Assembly: GCA_035515055.1 (NCBI GenBank) | Contig: DATJBV010000015.1 | Location: 25,058-89,057 of the forward strand | Length of the DNA stretch: 64,000 nt | DNA from: Candidimonas sp. | Lineage (GTDB): Bacteria > Pseudomonadota > Gammaproteobacteria > Burkholderiales > Burkholderiaceae_B | Direction: 5' to 3' | Part shown: one piece after another, positions 54,845-64,000 of the stretch | How the letters are laid out: each line of letters starts with the position of its first letter | How positions within the stretch are numbered: position 1 is the stretch's first letter | Program-made: the position numbers and the translations under genes | The notes under the pieces: model-generated | Seen by the model: only the letters and a program-made list of their open reading frames with translations | Database searches by the model: none | What the model was told of the DNA's origin: nothing

Positions 54845-57793
54845 ATGATACGCCTGCATCGGCGACTTGCCATTCTTCCCCTACACTATTGGCTGCCATA
54901 CCGCCCCTCAACTACCGGAACTAATGTGAACAAGCCCGCTGCCCTTGCCATTGAACCGCCCTCTTTTCGTAACGATATCCGACTGCTAGGCAGGACACTG
55001 GGTGATGTCATCAGGGAATGCGAGGGCAAGGCGGTTTACGACGTCATCGAAAAACTGCGCCGTGCCGCCGTCAAGTTCCGGCGGGAAGGCAATATGGCGG
55101 ACAGCCGCATACTCGAGCGCCAGATCGACAGGCTGGCCGACGACCAAGTCAATTCCGTGGCGCGGGCGTTCAGCTATTTCCTGCATTTATCCAATATTGC
55201 GGAAGACCGCGACCAGAATCGCCGTCAGCGGCAGCATGAACTATGTGCCGACAGCCCAACACGCGGCAGTCTGCAGCATGCCATCGATTTGTTGAAAGAC
55301 AAGGGTATTACCAGCCGCAAGATATTGAATTACCTGAAAGACGCCTGCATCGTCCCGGTGTTGACAGCACACCCCACCGAAGTGCAGCGCAAGAGCACGT
55401 TGGACCTGCACCGCAAGATCGCCGCGCAGCTTGCTCATAGCAACGACACGCTGACCCCCTCGGAATTTGCGCTGTTGCAGCAGCGGCTGACCGGCCTGGT
55501 GGCGGCGCTTTGGCAAACCCGCATGCTGCGCCAGGAAAAGCTCACGGTGCTCGACGAGATCGACAACGCACTCACCTACTACGACACCACCTTTCTTGCC
55601 GCCATTCCCAGGCTATACCAGGACCTGGCGGCACGGCTGCATACGCCGGGCCGCACGGCATTCGATGTTAAATCGGCACCATTACCGCCATTTCTACAAA
55701 TGGGCAGCTGGATAGGGGGCGACCGCGACGGCAACCCCAATGTGGACGCATCCACGCTGGAACAGGCGCTGCTAAGGCAGTCCTCGCGTGTACTGCAACG
55801 CTATTTGCTCGAGATAAAGGCGTTGGGTACAGAAATCTCGATCTCCCATTCACTGGGCGCCGTCAGCCCTGAATTGGTGGCCCTTGCACGCCAAAGCAAG
55901 GATGCATCGCCGCATCGATTCGACGAGCCCTACCGCCGGGCCTTCATCCATATCTATGCGCGTCTTGCCGCCACATCGGTCGCACTCACTGGCCGCCAGC
56001 TTGCCTTGCGCCCGACGTACGAAGCAGCGCCCTACCCGGACCCGGAAGCCTTCCAGGCCGACTTGCAGACAATTGCCGATTCACTTGACCGCCATCATGG
56101 CTCGCTCATCGCTCAATTACGGCTTAGCGGCCTGCTGCAGGCAGTAAGCATCTTCGGCTTTCATTTGGCGACCGTCGATCTGCGCCAAAGCTCGGACGTG
56201 CACGAGCGCATCCTCTCCGAGCTTTTCACCGTAGCCGGCGTTCAGCTCAATGGCAAACCGGTGAACTATCGCGCCTTGGAGGAATCCGAGCGCGTCGCAC
56301 TACTGCGCCAAGAGGTCATGCAGGTGCGGCCGCTGGCATCGCCCTGGATCCGCTACTCGGACGAAACGGAGAAAGAACTGGCCATCCTGCGGGCGGCGGC
56401 GGCCGGGCGTCGGAAATACGGCAACAAGGCCATCAGCCAGATCATTGTGTCGCATACCGAGACCCTTAGCGACTTGCTGGAGGTCCTGGTGCTACAACAG
56501 GAAACCGGTCTTATCCCGCCGGCGCCATCCGCCGACAGCGAAGGCGCACATGCGGGCGCGGGCGTCATGGTCGTACCTCTATTCGAAACCATCCCCGACC
56601 TGGAGCGCGGTCCCGACATCATGGCGGCGTGGCTGGACATGCCCGAAGTCGCCCAGCGTGTGCAGCGCGACCAGGATGGCATGCAGGAAGTGATGCTGGG
56701 ATACTCCGACAGCAACAAGGATGGTGGCTACCTTACCTCGAACTGGGCGCTGTACTACGCCGAGCGCCGTCTGGTCGAGGTATTCAAGAAGCGCCGAGTC
56801 CGTTTGCGGCTATTCCATGGCCGCGGCGGGTCGGTAGGGCGCGGCGGCGGCTCCAGCTTCGACGCCATCCTGGCCCAGCCGCCCGGCACGGTCAACGGAC
56901 AAATCCGCTTGACCGAGCAAGGCGAAGTCATACAGAGCAAGTACAAGGATGCCGAAGTCGGGCGCTGGCACCTCGAGGCCTTCGTGGCCGCAACGCTCGA
57001 GGCGAGCCTTACGCCTAACCCCACGGCATCACAGACAGAAGACGACAACATGGCGCACTTCGGCTCCGCCATGGACTTCATGTCGAATGTAGGACAGCAG
57101 TCTTATCGTGCCCTGGTCTACGAAACGCCCGGATTCAACGATTACTTCTTCGCCTCGACGCCTATCCTGGAAATCGCCGGCTTGAACATTGGTTCGCGCC
57201 CGGCCGCTCGCAAGGCCAGCCAGAAGATCGAAGACTTGCGGGCCATACCGTGGGGCTTCTCGTGGGCACAGTGCCGCCTGATGCTGCCCGGGTGGTACGG
57301 CGTGGGAACGGCGCTGCAAACGTACTGGCGCGACGGCTGCGACGGCGCGCCAGCAACGGCCGGCGAACGTCTGGCGCAGTTGCGGGAAATGGCGCGCGTG
57401 TGGCCGTTCTTTCGTACCCTGTTGTCCAACATGGAACAGGTGCTGGCCAAGACCGACCTCGGCATTGCCAAGCGTTATGCCGCCCTGGTACCAGATAAGC
57501 GCCTGCGCAACAGCGTCTTCCTGCGCATCGAAAACGAATTCGCCCTTACGCTCGACATGTTCCGCCAAGTGGCGCAACACGACCTGCTTGCGGAAGATCC
57601 GGTATTGGCGGCGGCCTTAAGCGAGCGCTTTGCTTATATCGACCCGCTCAACCACTTGCAAGTGGAACTGCTGCGCCGTCACCGCGCCGCACAAGACGGC
57701 GCCGCGACAGACGATGAGGGCGAAAACCGCAGCCAGCGCGCGATCCACATGACCATCAACGGGATCGCGGCCGGACTGCGCAACTCCGGTTAG
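54845..57793 (+). CDS. ppc: phosphoenolpyruvate carboxylase
   Basis: Motifs [30 protein letters not shown] and C-terminal ...[13 protein letters not shown]. Start uncertain: ATG 54845 or in-frame GTG 54926. Confidence 0.9.
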   Translation: MIRLHRRLAILPLHYWLPYRPSTTGTNVNKPAALAIEPPSFRNDIRLLGRTLGDVIRECEGKAVYDVIEKLRRAAVKFRREGNMADSRILERQIDRLADDQVNSVARAFSYFLHLSNIAEDRDQNRRQRQHELCADSPTRGSLQHAIDLLKDKGITSRKILNYLKDACIVPVLTAHPTEVQRKSTLDLHRKIAAQLAHSNDTLTPSEFALLQQRLTGLVAALWQTRMLRQEKLTVLDEIDNALTYYDTTFLAAIPRLYQDLAARLHTPGRTAFDVKSAPLPPFLQMGSWIGGDRDGNPNVDASTLEQALLRQSSRVLQRYLLEIKALGTEISISHSLGAVSPELVALARQSKDASPHRFDEPYRRAFIHIYARLAATSVALTGRQLALRPTYEAAPYPDPEAFQADLQTIADSLDRHHGSLIAQLRLSGLLQAVSIFGFHLATVDLRQSSDVHERILSELFTVAGVQLNGKPVNYRALEESERVALLRQEVMQVRPLASPWIRYSDETEKELAILRAAAAGRRKYGNKAISQIIVSHTETLSDLLEVLVLQQETGLIPPAPSADSEGAHAGAGVMVVPLFETIPDLERGPDIMAAWLDMPEVAQRVQRDQDGMQEVMLGYSDSNKDGGYLTSNWALYYAERRLVEVFKKRRVRLRLFHGRGGSVGRGGGSSFDAILAQPPGTVNGQIRLTEQGEVIQSKYKDAEVGRWHLEAFVAATLEASLTPNPTASQTEDDNMAHFGSAMDFMSNVGQQSYRALVYETPGFNDYFFASTPILEIAGLNIGSRPAARKASQKIEDLRAIPWGFSWAQCRLMLPGWYGVGTALQTYWRDGCDGAPATAGERLAQLREMARVWPFFRTLLSNMEQVLAKTDLGIAKRYAALVPDKRLRNSVFLRIENEFALTLDMFRQVAQHDLLAEDPVLAAALSERFAYIDPLNHLQVELLRRHRAAQDGAATDDEGENRSQRAIHMTINGIAAGLRNSG

Positions 57794-57798
57794 GCGTT

Positions 57799-58215
57799 TC
57801 AGGAAGCGGGCTTGCAGTCCCTGACCAGAATGTTGCCTACGGCAGCGTTCTGGCCGCCGGCCCCCTGCGACGTCTCCCGCGTCAGCATATTGCCATCGGC
57901 CGACTCCACATCGTCGGCGGTAAATTTTTCCGTGGTCCAGCTATAGCCATTGCCCCGGAATGTATTGCCCACCATGTCGGCGTTATTGGTGGTGGCGCGG
58001 GTAAGGTCCACCGCCTGGTTTTGATAAATGACCTTGGCCGCCACCGCTTCAGTGCCCCGGAAGGTGTATTGCACCGCCAAGGGCGTCTGTCCGCCCGGGC
58101 CGCAGCGATACTCCACGGTTTTTTGGGTTAATTCCTGGGCATTCTTGGGTGCGCCGCAGCCCACGAGTCCCGCGCACAGAATGACACCGCTTATTGCTGT
58201 TAATTTATGCATCAT
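57799..58215 (-). CDS. lipoprotein, possibly MliC-type lysozyme inhibitor family
   Basis: Lipobox ...ILCAGLVGC. 138 aa. The YRCGPGG...LAVQY pattern resembles MliC, but this is tentative. Confidence 0.6.
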   Translation of the reverse strand: MMHKLTAISGVILCAGLVGCGAPKNAQELTQKTVEYRCGPGGQTPLAVQYTFRGTEAVAAKVIYQNQAVDLTRATTNNADMVGNTFRGNGYSWTTEKFTADDVESADGNMLTRETSQGAGGQNAAVGNILVRDCKPAS

Positions 58216-58234
58216 GGAAACCCTTGTAAAATTC

Positions 58235-58249
58235 CAGACGTAACGTCTG
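58235..58249. promoter_or_regulatory. perfect palindrome CAGACGT-A-ACGTCTG in a divergent intergenic region
   Basis: 7-bp arms, located between the lipoprotein gene start (58215) and the MFS gene start (58346). Confidence 0.25.
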
Positions 58250-58345
58250 CTCCCGAATTTTTTATACCACCGGCTTCCGTGCCTACGTGTAAGTGCCCGT
58301 GTCTAATTGCCGCCGTCTACAACCACGTTTCCGGGCTGAACATCT

Positions 58346-59566
58346 ATGCAATCTGATGCCGCACGGCTTTATTTGCAACGCTGGGGCGGATTCCTTGCTG
58401 TCGCATTCGCGCTTGGCCTAGGCTTTGCCACCAGCTCGCTGCCCACCCCGCTGTATCCGTTGTACCAGTCGACCTGGGGCCTGTTGCCTAGCGGGCTAAC
58501 CTATATTTACGCCGTTTACATGGTCGGCGTGCTGGTTGCCCTGCTCTTTTTCGGGCGGCTGTCGGACGCCTTGGGCCGATATACGGTGGTTTGCGTTTCC
58601 TTATTTCTTATTGCGTTCGGGCTTGTATTGTCCGGCGTTGCATCGGGTATCAATACCTTGCTCGTGGCGCGCGCAATTATCGGGTTGGCAAATGGTCTTC
58701 TAACCACCGCTGGGACGCTGGCGCTGGTGGATGCGCACCCTTACAAGGACCGGCGTATTGCATCGGTAACGGCATCGGCCGCCATTGCGCTGGGCGTCGG
58801 GGCGGGGCCGCTGCTTAGCGGGCTGCTCGCACAAACGGGCGTGGCTCCGCTGCGCTTGTCCTATTTCGTTGTCGCCGCCCTTGCGTTGGGCAATCTATAT
58901 GCGGCATGGCGATTCCGTCACGCATTACGCAAGCAGGCCGGGTCCCGGTCGCGGCTCTCCATAGGCCCTAAACTGGCATTGCCGGCCCGCCTCACGCGGA
59001 CACCGTTCCTGCTGGCCAGCATGTCGGCTTTCCTGATGTTCGCCAGCGGAAGCCTGCTCGCCTCCTTGGTGCCATCGTTCCTCTATGACCTGCTGCCGTG
59101 GCGCGGGCCGGCCGTGCCTGGACTGGCGTTCCTCATCCTCGCCGTGGCGTCGACCGTAACGCAGTTTTCGCTGCGCAACATGGATCCGGCCAAGGGCCTC
59201 GCGCTAGGCCTGGTCACGCTCATACTCTTTCTTGCCGCGGTCGCCGCCGGCGTCACCACTGGAAGCATTCTTGCCTATGTCGTTTGCATGGTGCTGGCTG
59301 GCGTGGGACAAGGGCTGTGCTTCATGGCCTCGACCATGATCGCCGCCCAGAACTCCGACGAAGAACGGCGCAGCGCCAATATGGCCACCTATTTTGCCAT
59401 CGCCTACATCGGCGCCGCCATTCCGGTGATCGTAGTTGGAGAACTGGCGGACCTATGGGGTCCGACCAATGCCATCCTGGTCTTCTGCGCCGTCGCAACA
59501 GTGGCGTTGGCTACGCTGATTTATCAAGTGCGCACCCGCATCGGTCGCAAGGCGGAAGCCCGATGA
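58346..59566 (+). CDS. MFS transporter
   Basis: About 12 hydrophobic segments, with loop FGRLSDALGRY. Confidence 0.85.
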   Translation: MQSDAARLYLQRWGGFLAVAFALGLGFATSSLPTPLYPLYQSTWGLLPSGLTYIYAVYMVGVLVALLFFGRLSDALGRYTVVCVSLFLIAFGLVLSGVASGINTLLVARAIIGLANGLLTTAGTLALVDAHPYKDRRIASVTASAAIALGVGAGPLLSGLLAQTGVAPLRLSYFVVAALALGNLYAAWRFRHALRKQAGSRSRLSIGPKLALPARLTRTPFLLASMSAFLMFASGSLLASLVPSFLYDLLPWRGPAVPGLAFLILAVASTVTQFSLRNMDPAKGLALGLVTLILFLAAVAAGVTTGSILAYVVCMVLAGVGQGLCFMASTMIAAQNSDEERRSANMATYFAIAYIGAAIPVIVVGELADLWGPTNAILVFCAVATVALATLIYQVRTRIGRKAEAR

Positions 59567-60243
59567 TGTCGCGCCTGACCGGCAGGGCCACAGTGGCATC
59601 GGCGCTCTGCGTCTACGCCGTGCTGTGGCTGGCACTCGCCATTGCTCCATATAGCCGCGCCGACTGGCTGCTCGAGAATGCGCTGGTCGTGGGCTTGTTC
59701 GCCCTGCTTTGGGGTGTACGGCGCTGGTTCCGATTCTCCAATGCATCGTTGTTGCTGATACTGTTGTTCCTTGCCTTGCACACACTGGGTTCGCATTACA
59801 CCTATGCGCAGGTGCCGTACGACGCATGGTGGCATAGCCTGACAGGCCACACCCTCAACAGCGTATTCGGTTGGGAGCGCAACCATTACGATCGCCTGGT
59901 CCACTTTTGCTATGGCCTGCTGCTGGCCTATCCCATCCGCGAATTCTTCCTGCGCATCGTCGAAGTGCGCGGCTTCTGGGCCTACTTCCTGCCACTGGAC
60001 GTGACACTCAGCACCTCGGCCCTGTACGAACTCATCGAATGGGGGGCGGCGGCGGTTTTCGGCGGCGACCTTGGGATGCACTACCTGGGCACTCAGGGCG
60101 ACATCTGGGATGCCCATAAAGACATGGGCCTGGCGGCGCTGGGTGCGCTGCTGGCGATGCTGGTCACCGCCTTCCTCAGCGCCCGGCTGAAACGGGATTA
60201 CGCCCGCGAATGGACACACCGCCTAAAATCCCCTGCCGGCTGA
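59563..60243 (+). CDS. DUF2238 (YjdF-like) family membrane protein
   Basis: Only the 3-prime part of ORF 59098..60243 is coding. Start ATGATG at 59563 overlaps the MFS stop. Motifs LGSHYTYAQVPY and RNHYDRLVHFCYGLLL. Confidence 0.75.
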   Translation: MMSRLTGRATVASALCVYAVLWLALAIAPYSRADWLLENALVVGLFALLWGVRRWFRFSNASLLLILLFLALHTLGSHYTYAQVPYDAWWHSLTGHTLNSVFGWERNHYDRLVHFCYGLLLAYPIREFFLRIVEVRGFWAYFLPLDVTLSTSALYELIEWGAAAVFGGDLGMHYLGTQGDIWDAHKDMGLAALGALLAMLVTAFLSARLKRDYAREWTHRLKSPAG

Positions 60244-60256
60244 TACGTAATAAGAG

Positions 60257-60270
60257 TTGATACATATCAA
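60257..60270. promoter_or_regulatory. perfect FNR/CRP-family box TTGAT-ACAT-ATCAA upstream of the adh-GGDEF operon
   Basis: Located in the intergenic region; centre is 82.5 nt upstream of ATG 60346. Confidence 0.5.
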
Positions 60271-60345
60271 TTGCGGCTAAAGACCGCCATGCGATCATGG
60301 ATATAAACCCTCGGCTCCCCAATGCGGCACTTCCCGGAGATACAC

Positions 60346-61401
60346 ATGACTCTACCAGCCACCATGCAAGCCCTCGTCTACGGCGGACCCGGACAAAAGT
60401 CTTGGGACACGGTGCCTGTGCCCGCGGTCACGCAGCCTACCGATGCGGTTGTGCGTATCCTGAAAACCACAATTTGCGGGACCGATTTGCACATCCTGAA
60501 GGGCGACGTCCCGGCTGTCGCCAAGGGACGCATCCTGGGTCATGAAGGCGTCGGCGTCATCGAAGAGGTCGGTTCCGCCGTCAGCAATTTCAAGAAGGGC
60601 GATCACGTCCTGATCTCGTGCATTACTTCCTGCGGCAAATGCGAATATTGCAAAACGCAAATGTATTCCCATTGCGACGATGGCGGCTGGATACTCGGCC
60701 ACCTGATCGACGGCACCCAGGCGGAATACGTGCGAATCCCTCATGCGGACAACAGCCTGTACCCCGTCCCCGCGGGTGCGGACGAGGAAGCCCTGGTCAT
60801 GCTTAGCGACATCCTGCCCACTGGGTTTGAAATCGGCGTCCTGTATGGCGCCGTCAAGCCCGGCGATGTCGTTGCTATTGTCGGAGCCGGTCCTGTCGGC
60901 ATGGCGGCCCTGCTCACCGCGCAGTTTTATTCGCCCTCCAAGATCATCATGGTGGACATGGACGATTCCCGGCTTGAGCTTGCCGCCAAATTCGGCGCGA
61001 CCGACGTCATTAACAGCGGCCGTGTCGATCCCGTGCAGGCCATCATGGCGCAGACCAGGGACGGCGTCGATGTCGCCATCGAGGCCGTCGGCATTCCGCA
61101 AACATTCGACGTCTGCCAGAACATCGTGCGGCCCGGCGGCCATCTGGCCAACGTGGGGGTGCACGGCACCGCCGTCGACCTGCAGCTCCAGAAACTCTGG
61201 ATACAAAACATCACCATTACCACCGGCCTCGTCAACACAAACACCACGCCCATGCTGCTGAAAACGGTCGAGTCCGGCAAGCTCCAGCCCGAAAGCCTGA
61301 TCACGCACCGGTACACATTTCCCGACTTCCTCAAGGCGTACGATGTATTCGCGAACGCGGCAAAAGAGAAAGCCATGAAAGTCATCATCAGCAACGAATG
61401 A
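60346..61401 (+). CDS. zinc-dependent NAD(P) alcohol dehydrogenase (MDR family)
   Basis: Trimmed to ATG 60346, preceded by GGAGA. Motifs GHEGVGVIEEVG, CGKCEYC and GAGPVGMAA. Confidence 0.9.
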   Translation: MTLPATMQALVYGGPGQKSWDTVPVPAVTQPTDAVVRILKTTICGTDLHILKGDVPAVAKGRILGHEGVGVIEEVGSAVSNFKKGDHVLISCITSCGKCEYCKTQMYSHCDDGGWILGHLIDGTQAEYVRIPHADNSLYPVPAGADEEALVMLSDILPTGFEIGVLYGAVKPGDVVAIVGAGPVGMAALLTAQFYSPSKIIMVDMDDSRLELAAKFGATDVINSGRVDPVQAIMAQTRDGVDVAIEAVGIPQTFDVCQNIVRPGGHLANVGVHGTAVDLQLQKLWIQNITITTGLVNTNTTPMLLKTVESGKLQPESLITHRYTFPDFLKAYDVFANAAKEKAMKVIISNE

Positions 61402-62603
61402 GCGCCGACCCGTCCTTCACTAGCGCCGAGTCCCTGCGCGGCGCGGCCGCGCAGCCGGCGGCCAACGAGCGCCGGCGCCAGCCGGAGTCGCCCTCGGGCG
61501 CCTTTGCCGGCATCAAGGCTGTCGGCATAAGCTCTATTCAAGACACCCTCAGCTGTCGCCGCCATTCCAAGGATTTTGCCTATGCGCGGGGCGACTACCT
61601 GCGCAGCCGCGTACTGGTCGTGGGCCTGATATTCGCGATTCTTACGCCCTTGTGGGTGATCATGGATATTGCCGTTCTGCCGGCTGCCACGCTGGCCTAC
61701 ACCACGCCCGGCCGCTTCTTTCTGATGGCGGGGCTGCTGGCCACGATCTGGCTGGCGCGGTGCAGCCGGGCGCGCATCGGCCGCATCCGCATTTCGGCCG
61801 GCCTTCTTATTGCGCTGCCGGCGTCTTTCTATGCGTTGGTGCTCATAACGCTGCCCGCCGGAGCAATAGACAGCCTGGTGGGATACAGCTTTATCCCTTT
61901 CCTGCTGGTGGCTACCCTCAGCATCTTCCCGTTCACCCTGGCCGAGTCGGCGGCGTCGGGCCTGGCGCTACTGCTGCTGCACATCTTTTCGCAATACGTG
62001 TCCGGCAGTTGGATGACGCCGGCGGGATGGGAAGACATCTGGCTGCTGAGCGCGCTTTTCGTGGTCGCCCTTACCGCCAATTATTTTCATCTGGTGCTGC
62101 TGCTTCGCCTATACAGGGAAGCAACGCACGACCCATTGACCGGCCTGTTGAATCGCGGCGCATTGGCGCATAACCTGCAACAGCTGGCAACGGTCAGGCC
62201 GCGCGTGCCCATGACGCTGTTGATGCTCGACATGGATCACTTCAAGCGCATCAACGACGCACACGGGCACTCGGTGGGCGATCAGGTGTTGCGTAAGTTC
62301 GCCTCCATCTTGCGCCAGCAAGTCCGCAAGGCCGACTTCGTATCGCGATACGGCGGGGAGGAATTCGTGGCGGTGCTGGTGGGCACGCAAAAAGCCGACG
62401 CAGCCATCGTGGCCGAACGCATACGCCAGCAGGCGGAATCGACCCACGTCTATAACCACGAAGGCGTGCCTGTGCCATTCACGGTCAGCATCGGAGTGGC
62501 CAGCTTTCACGACGACGAGCCGTTGGACGACGTGGCCAGGCGCGCGGACGATCGCCTTTACGAAGCCAAGAAGCGGCAACGCAACTGCGTCGTGTCCGCT
62601 TAA
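61398..62603 (+). CDS. membrane-anchored diguanylate cyclase (GGDEF domain)
   Basis: ATG overlaps the adh stop (ATGA). Multi-TM N-terminal half. GGEEF active site with an RxxD I-site (RKAD) 5 residues upstream. Confidence 0.9.
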   Translation: MSADPSFTSAESLRGAAAQPAANERRRQPESPSGAFAGIKAVGISSIQDTLSCRRHSKDFAYARGDYLRSRVLVVGLIFAILTPLWVIMDIAVLPAATLAYTTPGRFFLMAGLLATIWLARCSRARIGRIRISAGLLIALPASFYALVLITLPAGAIDSLVGYSFIPFLLVATLSIFPFTLAESAASGLALLLLHIFSQYVSGSWMTPAGWEDIWLLSALFVVALTANYFHLVLLLRLYREATHDPLTGLLNRGALAHNLQQLATVRPRVPMTLLMLDMDHFKRINDAHGHSVGDQVLRKFASILRQQVRKADFVSRYGGEEFVAVLVGTQKADAAIVAERIRQQAESTHVYNHEGVPVPFTVSIGVASFHDDEPLDDVARRADDRLYEAKKRQRNCVVSA

Positions 62604-63304
62604 GCCCCCGCCGTCCAACGGCCCAGCACCTTGATTAGAGGCAGCGCGCTGGCGGGACCGGCCGCCCATTGCGGTTCTTCGCCGCCCCCTGCCCCGGCGG
62701 GAGACCAGACCACGCTGGCAATCCAGCCCGCGCCCATCGCGTACGTCCGGGCATGCCAAACGCCGAGCGGCGCCCGCAGCGACAAGGAGGCGCCGGGGGT
62801 CTGGTCCAGGCCATACAAGCACAGGTCCGCCGGGAACGACAGGCCAGCGGCCTTGATAAACGCTTCTTTCAGCGTCCACAAAATGTAGAAGCGCCGAAGC
62901 CGGCATTGCGGGTCGGCCTCCGCCCGCAACCACGCGATCTCCCCCGCGCAACAAGTCCATTCGGCAAGATCCAGTACCCGACGTGGACGCACGCACTCGA
63001 GGTCGATACCAAGTCGCCACCCCGGCATGGCGTGCGCCACCACCGCGTGCTGCCGGCTGTGGCTGAGCGATTCTGCACAGGGTGAAGACGCCGTTGCGGC
63101 GCGGCTGGCATGCAGCAGCGCCCGACTGACCTCCCAGTCGGCCTGCGCCCGCGCGGATCTGGGATGGCTTGCGCGGTGCGCGTCATCGGAAGACAAGCGG
63201 TCCGCCCGATAATGCGCCGCGGCTTGCGGCAGGCCCCAAGCCAGGCGGAGAGGGTGAAGTAAACTCAACGCTATTGTGGTCTCTGTAATGGTAACAAGAT
63301 GCAA
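62600..63304 (-). CDS. 4-prime-phosphopantetheinyl transferase (Sfp/EntD type)
   Basis: Motifs GIDLECV and WTLKEAFIKAAG. The start at 63304 is TTG, so it is uncertain. Confidence 0.75.
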   Translation of the reverse strand: MHLVTITETTIALSLLHPLRLAWGLPQAAAHYRADRLSSDDAHRASHPRSARAQADWEVSRALLHASRAATASSPCAESLSHSRQHAVVAHAMPGWRLGIDLECVRPRRVLDLAEWTCCAGEIAWLRAEADPQCRLRRFYILWTLKEAFIKAAGLSFPADLCLYGLDQTPGASLSLRAPLGVWHARTYAMGAGWIASVVWSPAGAGGGEEPQWAAGPASALPLIKVLGRWTAGA

Positions 63305-63339
63305 AACGTACTCGCCGTTCGCCAGTATAATCGCGCGCT

Positions 63340-64000
63340 ATGGTGACTTTTTCGATCGGACAATGGCGCGCATCCGCACCTGAGATGCACGATGCAGAAA
63401 GCTGGGAACAATGGGCGCGGCATCCCTATTGCCCGCTGGCCGACCACGAATCCCCTTCCCTGGCATTCCTTACCCCCATGCAACGTCGGCGGCTAAGCCC
63501 CATGGCGCGCATGGTGTTCGACTGTGCGTGGCCGCTGGCAACCGACCGTCCACCCATGCCGCTGGTGTTCGCATCCCAGCATGGGGAAACCACGCGCAGT
63601 TTCGCATTATTGCAGGCGATGGGGCGCCACGAAGGCCTGTCGCCCACGTCGTTCGGCCTGTCCGTCCATAATGCCATCGCCGGCATGTGGTCGATCATAC
63701 GCGGTGACAGAACCGAATCGATTGCCCTGTCCGTCAATGCCGACGGCCTCGAGCATGCCTTCATCGAAGCCGCCTTTCTGCTGCGCCGGGGCGCCCCCGC
63801 TGCGCTGGTCGTCCTGGCCGAACAGCGTCCCCCTCCCGCTTACCTGCCGTGGATTACAGACGTACCGTTTTCATATGCCGTTGCCTTCCGCATCGAGCGC
63901 GGACCGCAATGGACGCTGGAACGGTCGCCGGATAGCGATGAGGCAATGCAGCCCTGGCCCAATGCGCTCAACTTCGTGCGCCACCTCTGTCTGGGATCGG
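63340..64000 (+). CDS. beta-ketoacyl synthase chain-length-factor-like protein (KS N-terminal-like, no active-site Cys seen), 5-prime partial
   Basis: Not in the ORF track because it runs off the window. My own translation from ATG 63340 is MVTFSIGQWRASAPEMHDAESWEQWARHP...FLTPMQRRRLSPMARMVFDCAW...VFASQHGE...SPTSFGLSVHNAIAGMWSI..., which resembles the CLF-like proteins that open aryl-polyene/lipid-type clusters. Confidence 0.6.
   Translation, partial: MVTFSIGQWRASAPEMHDAESWEQWARHPYCPLADHESPSLAFLTPMQRRRLSPMARMVFDCAWPLATDRPPMPLVFASQHGETTRSFALLQAMGRHEGLSPTSFGLSVHNAIAGMWSIIRGDRTESIALSVNADGLEHAFIEAAFLLRRGAPAALVVLAEQRPPPAYLPWITDVPFSYAVAFRIERGPQWTLERSPDSDEAMQPWPNALNFVRHLCLGS

Noticed and set aside
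59098-59562. The 5-prime 155 codons of ORF 59098..60243, which might have been an extended DUF2238 protein.
   Set aside because: This part lies entirely inside the MFS gene in another frame and is Arg/Gly-rich. The family-like sequence begins at the ATGATG at 59563.
1-64000. Search for tRNA/rRNA genes, CRISPR repeats, IS elements, integrases, phage genes, toxin-antitoxin pairs or known defence genes, and for compositional islands.
   Set aside because: None were recognised by eye. The only AT-rich stretches are short promoter-containing intergenic regions, and no direct-repeat arrays or terminal inverted repeats were seen. A computational scan (tRNAscan-SE, Infernal/Rfam, ISfinder, DefenseFinder/PADLOC) would be needed to exclude small or degenerate elements.

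Overview
GC-rich, gene-dense chromosomal segment that reads like the core genome of an Alcaligenaceae-type betaproteobacterium (Bordetella/Achromobacter-like). That placement is inferred from a Bug/TctC-family binding protein and overall gene content, not from any search. I call about 60 protein-coding genes on both strands, almost all assignable to known families. In window order they are: an SLT lytic transglycosylase; a MarR + MFS pair; a 5-gene Dpp/Opp-type peptide ABC importer; a three-subunit membrane flavocytochrome c dehydrogenase preceded by a DUF4142 gene; a cupredoxin-fused copper nitrite reductase (nirK); a LysR-controlled operon (aldehyde dehydrogenase, flavoprotein, Liv-type ABC importer); a set of small redox and stress genes (pirin, PpiC, NDH-2, DUF892, DUF1993, DUF3008, CinA); DUF2946 + a TonB-dependent copper receptor + di-haem cytochrome c peroxidase; nadE; two different dihydroxy-acid dehydratases; an ABC importer + 4-TM protein + TonB-dependent receptor locus; ppc; a Zn-alcohol dehydrogenase translationally coupled to a GGDEF cyclase; and a PPTase next to the first gene (KS chain-length-factor-like) of a lipid/polyene-type cluster cut off by the window end. 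I saw no rRNA, tRNA, CRISPR array, transposase, integrase, phage gene or recognisable defence gene, and composition looks uniform. This is therefore an ordinary metabolic/transport region rather than an accessory island, and I did not find a convincing wholly new multi-gene system. The most interesting signals are regulatory and architectural. (i) There are three perfect TTGAT-N4-ATCAA (FNR-type) boxes, all intergenic and all upstream of plus-strand operons (ccp, the ABC/TBDR uptake locus, adh-GGDEF), two of them at an identical 66.5-nt distance from the start codon. (ii) nirK is a three-domain type, has no such box, and sits divergent to a DUF4142-coupled flavocytochrome dehydrogenase operon. 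(iii) The ABC + 4-TM + TBDR uptake locus has candidate FNR and Fur sites. (iv) A biosynthetic cluster starts at the right edge. Gene starts were refined by eye from the ORF track, and many long ORFs in the track are antisense shadow ORFs typical of GC-rich DNA.
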